Below, piece by piece: positions 29,988-39,106 of a stretch of 64,000 bases of DNA. Numbering within the stretch: position 1 is the first letter of the stretch; the number at the start of each line of letters is the position of its first letter. This DNA comes from Phycisphaerae bacterium. GTDB lineage: Bacteria; Planctomycetota; Phycisphaerae; UBA1845; Fen-1342. The DNA lies in NCBI GenBank assembly GCA_963675745.2, contig CAXXWX010000015.1:256001-320000 (forward strand). The letters are read 5' to 3'. The notes beneath the pieces were generated by a model. That model ran no database searches, was not told the origin of the DNA, and was given only the letters and a program-made list of their open reading frames with translations. Made by a program: the position numbers and the translations under genes.

Positions 29988-30072
29988 TGCCTGGTTGCCT
30001 AGTTGCCTAGTTGCCTGGTTGCCTCGTTGCCTTGCACCCTTGTGGCCTAGTGGCCTCGTGGCCTCGTGGCCT
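29988..30072. repeat. 8-mer tandem repeats (TTGCCTNG / TGGCCTNG)
   Basis: direct reading; inverse units at 30656-30709. Confidence 0.85.
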
Positions 30073-30081
30073 TCTCCCCCC

Positions 30082-30624
30082 CTACCGCCCCACCAGCATC
30101 TTCCGCCAACCCCGGACCGGCGCGACCAGTGGCGGCGCTGACGCCGAGCGAACGTCCTCGATCGTGTAAAAGCACTTCTCGTCCAGCGCCCGGGCCATCG
30201 CGACGACCCTGGGCGCGTCCTTACGCCGGGCTTTGATGAATAGCTGGAGCACAGCGCCGTCGCGGCCATCGCCGAGAAACTGCGTGACGCCGTAGCCCGC
30301 CTTCCGCAGGTCTTCGACCACGAGCGGGTTGCGTGTGAACACGCGAATCGCCTGGAGCCCGAAGGCAAACCACTGCTCGATCATCACGCCGACATAACCC
30401 CCGGTCCCGAAGCCGAGGGCCCAGGCGATGATATACGCGGGATTGCTCAGCCGGCTGAACACGCTCGAGACCGCCACGATCCAGATCAGCGATTCGGCGC
30501 AGCCCAGCACCCACGCCAGGTTCTTACGGCCGTTCACAATCGCGATCATCCGCAACGTCGCGATCGACACGTCAGTGATACGCGCCAGAAAGATAAACAC
30601 GCACATCAACGCAACATCGAACAT
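30082..30624 (-). CDS. DUF2179/DUF5698 (UPF0316)-type membrane protein
   Basis: IFLARITDVSIATLR, ESLIWI, WALGFGTGGYVG..IE, LR..GYGVT...G.GRDG. Confidence 0.88.
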   Translation of the reverse strand: MFDVALMCVFIFLARITDVSIATLRMIAIVNGRKNLAWVLGCAESLIWIVAVSSVFSRLSNPAYIIAWALGFGTGGYVGVMIEQWFAFGLQAIRVFTRNPLVVEDLRKAGYGVTQFLGDGRDGAVLQLFIKARRKDAPRVVAMARALDEKCFYTIEDVRSASAPPLVAPVRGWRKMLVGR

Positions 30625-30655
30625 CTGAGTGTCCTCGTGAGGAGGTGTGGGAAGA

Positions 30656-30709
30656 AGGCAACCAGGCAACAAGGCAACTAGGCAACAAGGCCACTAGGCC
30701 ACTAGGCCA
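30656..30709. repeat. 8-mer tandem repeats (AGGCAACN / AGGCCACT)
   Basis: direct reading. Confidence 0.85.
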
Positions 30710-30752
30710 TAGGGTAGTTCGTCCACGGGGCGCTGTGGCACCGGTTTCCAAC

Positions 30753-32263
30753 CAATGGTGTCCGGGACCTGCTTTCTGGGCGCGTAGATTGAGTGCATTG
30801 TGGTGAGATTGACGCGAACATGGAAGGGGCGACGACGTGGCGTAGCGCCGCGGCGAGCGCCTGGGGCGCATACTCCGGGCCGCGCTGGTCCGAGCGCGGA
30901 CCGGCGCGGGGGCCTAGTCGCTGCTTTTTTGCGCCGCCTTTTCACGTCGCCGCCGGGCGGCACGCTCGCGCTCGGTGCGGCGTTTGGCCGCCACGGCCAG
31001 GGCCTCTTCCAGCGGGGCCATGCCGTTCATCACCATGCTCATCAACGAAAAGTCATACACGCTCGGACGCGCCCCGGTCTCCAGCGCGATCAGCAACGTC
31101 GCGATCAGCGTCACGTAAAGCTGCAGCGTCATGCCCTGCGGCGACTCGGAATAAAAGTGCTCCAGGTGCGCCATGCACTTCAACCAGCGGAAAAACAGCT
31201 CAACCTGCCAGCGATGCTTGTAGATCAACGCGATCAGCTCCGCCGGCAGGTCTACGCAACTGGTCAACAGCACCAGCGGTTCGTCCTTGTCGGCCACACT
31301 CACCGCCACCCGCCGCAAGGGCGGCAACTCCGCCGTGCGCTCGGTCCGCCAGCCGACTCGCACCAGCGTGTCGCTCTGCACGCCGGCGGCCAGGTCGGCG
31401 GCGGTCAGCCCGCGCGGCTCAAGCACTTCGCAGCGGGCGCTCTTCCGCAGCCGCACCACGAAATCGCTGTCGGCCTGAATGATGTCGCCCAGCAGGTGGT
31501 AAGACTGAAAGCCGCGGTCGAGCACGTAACAGTGTTCGGGCCGCAGACTGGTTTGCAGTTGCCCGCCTTCCGAAGCCGTTCCGCCGGTGAGCGTGAAGTG
31601 CTCCGGCACGCCGCGCAGGATGTCGAAATGCACGTGGGCGCGCACGTTGCCGCGGGTGGTCTTTCCGCGGCGGCCGGTCTTCTTGGGCGCGTCGCCGGCG
31701 GACTTGCGGTTGTAGAGGGCCCAGGGGATGCGGCTGGCGACGTTGAAGAACGTGCCGTCGACGGCGATCAGTTCCCGGGTGAGTTGGTCGAGGCGGGCGT
31801 CGTGCGGCTGGATGTTGGCGCGGTGCTTGAGGTCCTCGAAAATCGGCTGCAACCGTTGCGGATCGAAGAGGCGTTGGGCGTCGGCGACGGTGCTTTTGGC
31901 GGCGGCGTGGATACCGAAGAGGCGTCGCACGCTGGGCAGGTCGAAGGCGTCTTCGATACGGCGGAGGCTGTGCAGCACGGGGTTGAAGAAGGCCAGCAGG
32001 TGGGCGACCACGAGTTGGTCGTAGAAGAAGGTGCGGTTGCCGTGGGCCGGCAAGCTGTGGAGATGGCGCAGGTGCTCGTCGATCTGGCGGAAGAGCCGCC
32101 GACCGTCAAGCTGGTCGGGCCGCCGAGGAATCGGCGTCACCGTCCGTTCGCGTTGCGTGTCCTTGTGGGCCATGCGCCACAGTAGAGCAGAAACGCGCCC
32201 CGGGCGCAAGTACGGACAATGTTAGGTATTACCCGATGTCCGGCAAACTCCCGGACACCATTG
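30753..32263 (-). mobile_element. IS4-family insertion sequence, 1511 bp
   Basis: perfect 15-bp TIR CAATGGTGTCCGGGA (30753-30767) / TCCCGGACACCATTG (32249-32263). Confidence 0.9.
30914..32173 (-). CDS. IS4 family DDE transposase
   Basis: IAVDGT, VLDRGF, and the Y-(2)-R-(3)-E-(6)-K signature YKHRWQVELFFRWLK. Confidence 0.95.
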   Translation of the reverse strand: MAHKDTQRERTVTPIPRRPDQLDGRRLFRQIDEHLRHLHSLPAHGNRTFFYDQLVVAHLLAFFNPVLHSLRRIEDAFDLPSVRRLFGIHAAAKSTVADAQRLFDPQRLQPIFEDLKHRANIQPHDARLDQLTRELIAVDGTFFNVASRIPWALYNRKSAGDAPKKTGRRGKTTRGNVRAHVHFDILRGVPEHFTLTGGTASEGGQLQTSLRPEHCYVLDRGFQSYHLLGDIIQADSDFVVRLRKSARCEVLEPRGLTAADLAAGVQSDTLVRVGWRTERTAELPPLRRVAVSVADKDEPLVLLTSCVDLPAELIALIYKHRWQVELFFRWLKCMAHLEHFYSESPQGMTLQLYVTLIATLLIALETGARPSVYDFSLMSMVMNGMAPLEEALAVAAKRRTERERAARRRREKAAQKSSD

Positions 32264-32321
32264 GTTAAAAACCGGTGAGTGGCACCGGTTTTTAACCGGT
32301 GAGCGGTTTCTAACCGGTGAG
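32264..32321. repeat. ACCGGTTNNNAACCGGTGAG tandem palindromes
   Basis: GTTAAAAACCGGTGAGTGGCACCGGTTTTTAACCGGTGAGCGGTTTCTAACCGGTGAG. Confidence 0.85.
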
Positions 32322-32416
32322 CACTATAGGTTACAAGCGGGGGCTGCGTTTTTGCGACGGGCTCCGACCATCGATGGCCGCCGGTCGGTGGTCGCTGCCG
32401 ACGCGCTCTCGGATGC

Positions 32417-33499
32417 TCAAGGTCGCGGCTTCTGGCGGTCCTTGGCACTCTCGGTCGCCCACTGCACGATTTCGGCGAACACGTCGCGCATCGGCGGCCC
32501 CGCCGCCGGCTTGTCCACGTCACGAAATCCATGATCGCGATTCGGGAACCGCCGAATGACCGCATCCGTCCGCCCGGCGCGGATCAACTCGACGGCGAGA
32601 TAGTCAAACGCCTCGATCGGCCCGGACGTGTCCTCGCTGCCATGGGCGGCGTAGATCTTCGCCTTGGTCTTGAGCAGGTTGTCCGCCGGCGGGTTCTGGA
32701 AGAACGTCGACCAGCGCCGGTACGCATGCCCCTGGAAGAACTCGGTTACGCTGGTCGGGTCGGCCATTATTTGGCGATAGTCGTCCTGCAACTGCTCGAC
32801 GGCCCGCTCGATTCTTGCCGGCGCGGCTCCCTCCTTCGTCATCTGCTTGCGCCTGAGCACGATGAGATCGAACATCTGCGTCGGCCCGCCGCCGGCCAGA
32901 AACGCGACGTGCGTGACCCGGTCATCCACCGCCGCCAACCCGGCCGCCACGTCCGCGCCTTCCGAGTGCCCCACCACAACCACCCGCGACGCGTCGATCG
33001 CCGGCTGTTTGAGCAACGCGTCCAGCAACAGCCGCGCTTCGGCGACGCGGCCGTCATACGTGGCGTGCCTGGTGTATTCGTCCGGCGCATTGTCCCCGGT
33101 GCCGTGGGCCTCGTTCAGAAACGGTACGCCGCGCTTGTCGGTGGCGGCGACGTGAAACTGCTCATTGGCCTCCTTCGCCAGCACACCAAACATGCTCCAC
33201 GCCACATGACCGTCGTGCATGGTAAACAGCGACCCGGCCCCGGAGCCGTCAAGATAGATCATCAACGGCTTACGCTTTTCGCGGTCCTTGGCGAAGTCTG
33301 CCAGATAAGCGCGCATACTGCTGCCATCCGGCCGCGTCACCGCAAACTCCCGAAACACCGGCGGCAACTGCGGATTATCAACAAACGCCAAAGACCAACC
33401 ACCATCCGGCGGTTCACCGACCTGCCCGGCAACAACCGCACCAACCCCCACCGCCAACAACACCACGCCAGCCGGCAAAAACGAAACTCGACACGTCAT
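32417..33499 (-). CDS. secreted alpha/beta hydrolase (S9 peptidase-like)
   Basis: signal peptide; GHSEG nucleophile, HGSED, NRDHGF. Confidence 0.85.
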   Translation of the reverse strand: MTCRVSFLPAGVVLLAVGVGAVVAGQVGEPPDGGWSLAFVDNPQLPPVFREFAVTRPDGSSMRAYLADFAKDREKRKPLMIYLDGSGAGSLFTMHDGHVAWSMFGVLAKEANEQFHVAATDKRGVPFLNEAHGTGDNAPDEYTRHATYDGRVAEARLLLDALLKQPAIDASRVVVVGHSEGADVAAGLAAVDDRVTHVAFLAGGGPTQMFDLIVLRRKQMTKEGAAPARIERAVEQLQDDYRQIMADPTSVTEFFQGHAYRRWSTFFQNPPADNLLKTKAKIYAAHGSEDTSGPIEAFDYLAVELIRAGRTDAVIRRFPNRDHGFRDVDKPAAGPPMRDVFAEIVQWATESAKDRQKPRP

Positions 33500-33672
33500 C
33501 TGTAATCCTCCTGTGGGCGGCGGATGGGGATATTACCGCGCCGGGCGGGTGAAAAGGGGGATGCCTGAAGTTGAACTGAGTCAGGTTCGTCCGAAATCAC
33601 TGCTACCTGCTATGCTGTGACATTCAATGCGGCCATGAACGTTGAGCGATCGATACAGGAGCGACGAGTACC

Positions 33673-34485
33673 ATGGACCACGGGGACGATTTGGCAAAGT
33701 GGCAGGCTTCGAGCCACCGCGAGCTCGCTAAACGGAAACCCAGTGAGCTATTCGAGACTGAGTTCGCCGAACGCTATGACAGGTTGCACATTGATCTGTG
33801 GCAACGGATTCTGCGCTTGCATGGGACAATCCGTACGCTTGAACAACTGGCTGACTTTCCATTCGACCATTTGTATGGGCCGAACCACATGGAATTCTGG
33901 CAATTGGTCGGACAGAATTTCGTGGAGATGGCGATTGTCCTGCTACATAGCCTCGTGCATGATCGCGGGCAGGATACACACACAATCCTCAAGTTCAAGG
34001 ACGAGATCGCTACCGCGACTTGGCGGGACCCGGGCATGCGCGAGCTTCTTCTTCAGACGTTACGAGACCGGAGATTCGACTCGAACGTTGAGTCAGTGGG
34101 GACGCGCATCAAGAAGATTCGCGACCATCGCATCGCGCATCGGCTGATCGACAGGCAAACGGGACACCTCAAGGACCAGCTTGACGCCGTAACACTTCGG
34201 GATCTCAGAAATCTGTTTGATGCTGCGCACTCGTTGTTCGGCGCCCTTTCGTTTGGCTCTGGTTATGTAACACTCGCAGGCGACCTCGTGCCACGCACGA
34301 CCGCAGGCATACCGACACAAACGTGTCTTGACAAGATCCTGGATGCTGTAATCCGCGACAGCTATTTTGCCAACACGCCGGAGCGACGGGCGCAATGGTG
34401 GCCCGCGGAACGCGAGCATATGAACCCGGAAGAGCTCCGAATCATGAACGACCTTCGCCAACGAATCGGGCTTCCTAAGGCCTGA
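33673..34485 (+). CDS. HEPN-domain protein (AbiU2-like)
   Basis: helical protein with IKKIRDHRIAH (R-x4-6-H); AGGAG RBS; visibly lower GC than its neighbours. Confidence 0.65.
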   Translation: MDHGDDLAKWQASSHRELAKRKPSELFETEFAERYDRLHIDLWQRILRLHGTIRTLEQLADFPFDHLYGPNHMEFWQLVGQNFVEMAIVLLHSLVHDRGQDTHTILKFKDEIATATWRDPGMRELLLQTLRDRRFDSNVESVGTRIKKIRDHRIAHRLIDRQTGHLKDQLDAVTLRDLRNLFDAAHSLFGALSFGSGYVTLAGDLVPRTTAGIPTQTCLDKILDAVIRDSYFANTPERRAQWWPAEREHMNPEELRIMNDLRQRIGLPKA

Positions 34486-34621
34486 CGTCTGACCGCAGAC
34501 ATGCGAGGTGTCCGTCTCTTGGATGCGGCCCAGACACTGGAGCAAGCGGGACGCGTCCTGCAATTGGCAATGCGGTAGACGCGAGAATACATGCGCCAAC
34601 GGGCGTGGGGCCCTGCCCCGC

Positions 34622-35188
34622 TTACATCCCCAAACCGCTCTTCGACATCTCCGCCAGGTGTTGCATGTAGCGATCGACCGACGCGCGCACTTCGGCGGCG
34701 GCCTCGACGGCGTCCGCCCAGCCGCCGCTTTCCACCTGCGCGTCTTTCTCGAGCGCCTTGTACGTCAAAAAGAAATGCTCGACCTCACGCAGGTAGTGCT
34801 CGGGCACGTGGCTGAGGTCGGTGATCTCGTTGAACAGCGGATCGGAGTTCGGCACGCCCAGAATCTTGTAGTCCGGCTTCCCGCGATCCGTCATCCGGAA
34901 CATGCCCACCACGCGCGTCTCGATCAGACAACCCGTAAACGTCGGCTCGTTCACCTTGACCAGCACGTCCAGCGGATCGTCGTCTTCGGCGAGCGTCTGC
35001 GGTATGAAGCCGTAATCGCCGGGATAATGCGCCGACGAATACAGATAGCGATCCAGCCGCATCAGGCCGGTCTTCTTGCACAGCTCGAACTTGCTGCGCC
35101 GCCCCTTGGGGATCTCAATAATCGAATTGACATTCGACGGCAGGTGCGTACCCGCCGGAACGCTCATGTAATGGCTGCGGTGCAGCAT
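34622..35188 (-). CDS. ppa: inorganic pyrophosphatase (family I)
   Basis: IIEIPKG..KFE, LDRYL, YPGDYGFIPQTLAEDDDPLDVLV, HFF.TYK.LE. Confidence 0.96.
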   Translation of the reverse strand: MLHRSHYMSVPAGTHLPSNVNSIIEIPKGRRSKFELCKKTGLMRLDRYLYSSAHYPGDYGFIPQTLAEDDDPLDVLVKVNEPTFTGCLIETRVVGMFRMTDRGKPDYKILGVPNSDPLFNEITDLSHVPEHYLREVEHFFLTYKALEKDAQVESGGWADAVEAAAEVRASVDRYMQHLAEMSKSGLGM

Positions 35189-35373
35189 GCGTGGCCCTCG
35201 TGCGCCGATTTCCCGGACACCAAGCTAGAACGCCGGTCGCGCACTGTCAAACCCGCCCGCGGCGCGAGACGCACAATTTACCCCGGGCGGGCCCCAGCGC
35301 AGCCTCGCTACGCATTTTAGACCTGTTTGACGGCGGTGGCGGGGTCTGAAAGCCGAGGGTGCGGCGGATCAAC

Positions 35374-35898
35374 TCACGCGTTACGTGCATCCATGCGGAG
35401 CAGCCGCACATCGCGCTGGTACGGGGCGAAGTAGTGTGATTCATAGCCGTCGTCGCGCATGCCGGCGGCCCGGTATGCGGCGATCGCCGGCTTGTTATCC
35501 GTAAAGACGACGAGCACGACCCGCCGGGCGGCGTGCCAGTTGAAAGCCCGTTCGAGCAGCAACCGCACCAACGCCGTCCCCAGCCCGCGCCCGCGCTGTT
35601 CCGGGTCGATCAGCAGGTGGCCGAGCCAGTATTCATGAGGGCGCGATCGCAGGATGTTGAGCTCGCCATATCCGACGACGGCGACGTCTTCGCGGACCAG
35701 TTCGAATGGTTGCCGGCCGGCTTCCTGCCAGTTGAGGATTTTCTCGGCGGTGATCGGCGGCGCCGTGCGCGGCGCGAGCCACTCCGCTTCACGTGCATCG
35801 CCCACCCATGATGCGACCAGCGCCGCATTTCGGCAGTCGAATCTGCGCAGCGCCGGTGCGCCGGTGGCTGAAGTCGTGGTTACCGGTGCGATGGCCAT
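35374..35898 (-). CDS. GNAT family N-acetyltransferase
   Basis: LIDPEQRGRGLG, V...N.PAIAAYRAAG. Confidence 0.88.
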   Translation of the reverse strand: MAIAPVTTTSATGAPALRRFDCRNAALVASWVGDAREAEWLAPRTAPPITAEKILNWQEAGRQPFELVREDVAVVGYGELNILRSRPHEYWLGHLLIDPEQRGRGLGTALVRLLLERAFNWHAARRVVLVVFTDNKPAIAAYRAAGMRDDGYESHYFAPYQRDVRLLRMDARNA

Positions 35899-35940
35899 GT
35901 TTGACCAGCCCTGTTTCCCTGCCATGCCCTCGCGTGCATA

Positions 35941-36714
35941 ATGACGCACGTTCGGCTGGATAACAAGTACAATCGCCGCCGCGAAGGGCAGTTGCGCAAG
36001 ATTCGACAATTGGCACACGATCCCGTGACACAATTCCACGGCTACTCGACATCCATCCGCCGCTGCCGCATCGCCGGGAGCGCGTACGATCTGCTTGCGC
36101 CGGACAACCCCGGCGCGCTGCTCGATGATCCGCGTATCGCCCGGCGATTCTACGAAAAGCAGGACGAATACCTGCCGTATTGGGCGGAGATATGGCCGGC
36201 GTCGCTGCTGTTGGCCGGCGAGGTGGCCCAATGGGCACCGGCACCGGCTGTCGACCCGCCGGCGGTGCTCGATCTGGGCTGTGGCGTGGGGCTGGTCAGC
36301 CTGATCGCCGCCAAGCGGGGTTACGCGGTGATCGCCGGTGATTACGAGCCCGACGCGCTGGCGTTTGTGCTTGAAAACGCCCGACTTAACGATCTTCCAA
36401 CACCGCGGACCCGGCATGTTGATTGGCGGGAGTCGTACGACGATTTAAGACCGCACCGTATGGTCGCCGCCGACGTAACCTACGAAGCGCGGAATCTGGA
36501 ACCGGTTGCGAAGTTTGTGCGACAGCACTTGCGCAGCGGCGGATTCGCGCTGCTGTCCGATCCGAATCGTGCCGTCGCCGACCCGTTTCCAGGCGTCGCG
36601 CGTGCGGCGGGGCTGACAGTCGATGTGCGCCCACTGACCGGTGTGGGTCTGGACGGACAGCCGATCGAGGGGCGCGTCTTTGAGCTTCGCCGGGAGCATG
36701 ACGGCGGGGCGTAG
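35941..36714 (+). CDS. class I SAM-dependent methyltransferase (lysine methyltransferase-like)
   Basis: PYWAEIWPAS, VLDLGCGVGL, AADVTYE, SDPNR. Confidence 0.88.
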   Translation: MTHVRLDNKYNRRREGQLRKIRQLAHDPVTQFHGYSTSIRRCRIAGSAYDLLAPDNPGALLDDPRIARRFYEKQDEYLPYWAEIWPASLLLAGEVAQWAPAPAVDPPAVLDLGCGVGLVSLIAAKRGYAVIAGDYEPDALAFVLENARLNDLPTPRTRHVDWRESYDDLRPHRMVAADVTYEARNLEPVAKFVRQHLRSGGFALLSDPNRAVADPFPGVARAAGLTVDVRPLTGVGLDGQPIEGRVFELRREHDGGA

Positions 36715-36742
36715 AAACCTGGTGCGGCGAGCCGCACCCTAC

Positions 36743-38605
36743 CTAGCGAATGGTCAGCGCGACGAAGCCGTCTATGTCGCCGTTGTTGACCGAACCGTCG
36801 CCGTTGATATCGCCGAGCATGATGTCGCAATCCGGGTATTCATCCGGATACTGCTCGGGGTATGACAAGGCAAACACAAACGCGTCTATATCCCCGTTGT
36901 TCACCCAGCCGTCGCAGTTCAGATCGCCGGGCAGCGGGGCCGGCGCGATCGACACATCGTCGATGTACCACTTGTCGTAGTAGTCGACGAATGTGCCATA
37001 TGGCGTGAAGCGCAGCGCGAAGTAATCACCCAGGCCGTCGGCGGGCACGGCGAATTCGTGATAGACGAAGTCGAGCGTGTCGATGCCATCCGAGTAAATG
37101 CGCGCCAGTATCTGCCACTGCTGCAACGTCGAATTGAAGTACTCGACCATGAGTTGTTTGCCATAACTGCCCGAACCGGCTTCGACACCCTTGGGATTCG
37201 CCCAGAACGAGACAGTCGCCGGAACATCGACGATCATCGGCCGCGTGCGCGCCGTGTCGTATTCGTTGAAATACGCCGACCAGGGCGGGCTGGGCTCGTA
37301 CCCACCGCTCTGGCTGTGGTAGGCACCGTCAACGGCCGTCCAGCGGTTGGGGTCGAAATCAACGCTGCCTTCAAAGTCGTCGAAGAATGGGAACTGCGTG
37401 CGATTCGGGTCAACCGTGCCCGAGGCGATGCACGGGCGCCCCGGCGCGTAGTTTTTCATCTGGTCAACAGCGGATGGACTGAACGAGTGATAGCCGCTGC
37501 AACCGCCCAGTGACGAGCACATGATGCGGCACCACCAGTCGCCGTAGTCACAATGGCCGGCGTCGAAATTGTGGCCGATCTCGTGGGCGGTCAGCGCCAC
37601 GCGGCGGGCGAACTCCGTAGTATAGCGCGACTGCGACAGGCCGAAGGCCAAGTTGTTACACAGATAGCCGCGCCAGGCGATGCCGATCGCGCTTCCGGCC
37701 AGATCCTTGCCGGTGAACAGGTGGGCCACGTCGCGGTGGATGTCGGCGTGGTTGAGCACCCAATAGTCGCCGAACTGGTCCAGCAGCGACTGCGGGTCGG
37801 TCGTGTTGTAGGGGTCTTCCTCGGCGGTGCGGACGATGATCTCGGTGATGGTGAATGTCGCCTGGATGTCCAGCTCGTAAACCGTCGAGACGCCGTTGAG
37901 GACCGCTTCGATGTCGGCGACGGTATCGTCGACCGAGCTGTTATTGAGCTCGTAAAACTCAACGTCGGCGTCGCACGCGATCTCGCAGACGATGGCGTCC
38001 ATCGAGCGCGTCGCCCCGCCACCGACCGGCAGCGGCTCGGGTGGCGGATCATCCCCGGCGGGTACATCGGGTGTGGCACAGTGGCCCTCGGTGACGGCGA
38101 AGTCGGCGACGCGATAAATCAGGTGCGTCCGCGCGGGGCTGCCGGGCACGATCCGGTCGAAGGGCATGATCGCCCAGGCACTGTCCTCGTCATCGAGCGC
38201 GCGGACTTCCGCGACGATCTGACCGCCGACTATTGAGGCCACCACGCGGCTGTCCGGGTCGTCGGCCACGTGTCCGCGATAGGTCGTGACAGGCGGCGGA
38301 TCGACGTCAACCAGGCGCCCGGTCGCGTCCTGCACGCGCAATCTGAACGACGGTGCGCGCAGCGAATGGGGTTCGAGCAACAGCCGTTGCACATGGCCGT
38401 TGTACGGCACCACCAACTCACACCCCTCGCCCGGATCACGCGGCGGGTCGAGCGTCAGAAGTGTGCACGGTGCATCTCCGAGATGGGCGCGCAACGCCTC
38501 GTGCACAGGCACACCGATCGGAGAGCCGCCAACCGGATCGGCGGCGGCGGCGCACGCCACCCCCAACGCAGCCAACACGCCAAACGCCATCCGATATGGA
38601 CACAT
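36743..38605 (-). CDS. secreted M12/reprolysin-like zinc metalloprotease with dockerin-like C-terminus
   Basis: RDVAHLFTG, AHEIGHNFDAGH, IM Met-turn; GDLNCDG..NNGDID twice. Confidence 0.9.
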   Translation of the reverse strand: MCPYRMAFGVLAALGVACAAAADPVGGSPIGVPVHEALRAHLGDAPCTLLTLDPPRDPGEGCELVVPYNGHVQRLLLEPHSLRAPSFRLRVQDATGRLVDVDPPPVTTYRGHVADDPDSRVVASIVGGQIVAEVRALDDEDSAWAIMPFDRIVPGSPARTHLIYRVADFAVTEGHCATPDVPAGDDPPPEPLPVGGGATRSMDAIVCEIACDADVEFYELNNSSVDDTVADIEAVLNGVSTVYELDIQATFTITEIIVRTAEEDPYNTTDPQSLLDQFGDYWVLNHADIHRDVAHLFTGKDLAGSAIGIAWRGYLCNNLAFGLSQSRYTTEFARRVALTAHEIGHNFDAGHCDYGDWWCRIMCSSLGGCSGYHSFSPSAVDQMKNYAPGRPCIASGTVDPNRTQFPFFDDFEGSVDFDPNRWTAVDGAYHSQSGGYEPSPPWSAYFNEYDTARTRPMIVDVPATVSFWANPKGVEAGSGSYGKQLMVEYFNSTLQQWQILARIYSDGIDTLDFVYHEFAVPADGLGDYFALRFTPYGTFVDYYDKWYIDDVSIAPAPLPGDLNCDGWVNNGDIDAFVFALSYPEQYPDEYPDCDIMLGDINGDGSVNNGDIDGFVALTIR

Positions 38606-38709
38606 GACTCATCCTCCGACATGCCCCCGCACTCCGCCCAAAGCACTGCACTCTCAGTATATCGCGCGCCCCGCGCCACTCCAACGACGGCGTTGCCGCC
38701 AGCGTGTGT

Positions 38710-38946
38710 CGCCCCGGAGGGGCCTGGGCGCATGGCCACCGGTGGAGCGCAGCGTAACCGGTGGATAGGAAGCCCGTTTGTTCTTCCGCCCGGGCAGGGG
38801 CGCGGGGAACGCGCCTGCCGCGGAGCATCGCGTCATCAAGCCGCCGCCCACGCCCCTGCCGGGCCGAGGGGTTTTCAGGAGCCGATCGCCTCCACGGGTT
38901 GCGCTGCGCTGTACCCGTGGCCACGATCCGGCGCCCCTTCGGGGCG
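38710..38946. repeat. nested palindromic REP cluster (same family as 1841-2062)
   Basis: CGCCCCGGAGGGGC..GGCCACCGGTGGAGCGCAGCGTAACCGGTGG...CCACGGGTTGCGCTGCGCTGTACCCGTGGCC..GCCCCTTCGGGGCG. Confidence 0.9.
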
Positions 38947-39106
38947 GTGATTGCCAAGTTGCCACCGCCACAAATCGCCCAATCGGGTCACGCCCCCCGC
39001 TCGCCTGCGCCGCTCTCGCGGGCTCGCCGCGGCCGATCGCGGCGGCTATCATGAGGGCTTGTCTGTCGGCTGTTAACCGAGGTGTCTCCTGTGTGAGGAA
39101 GCAATC

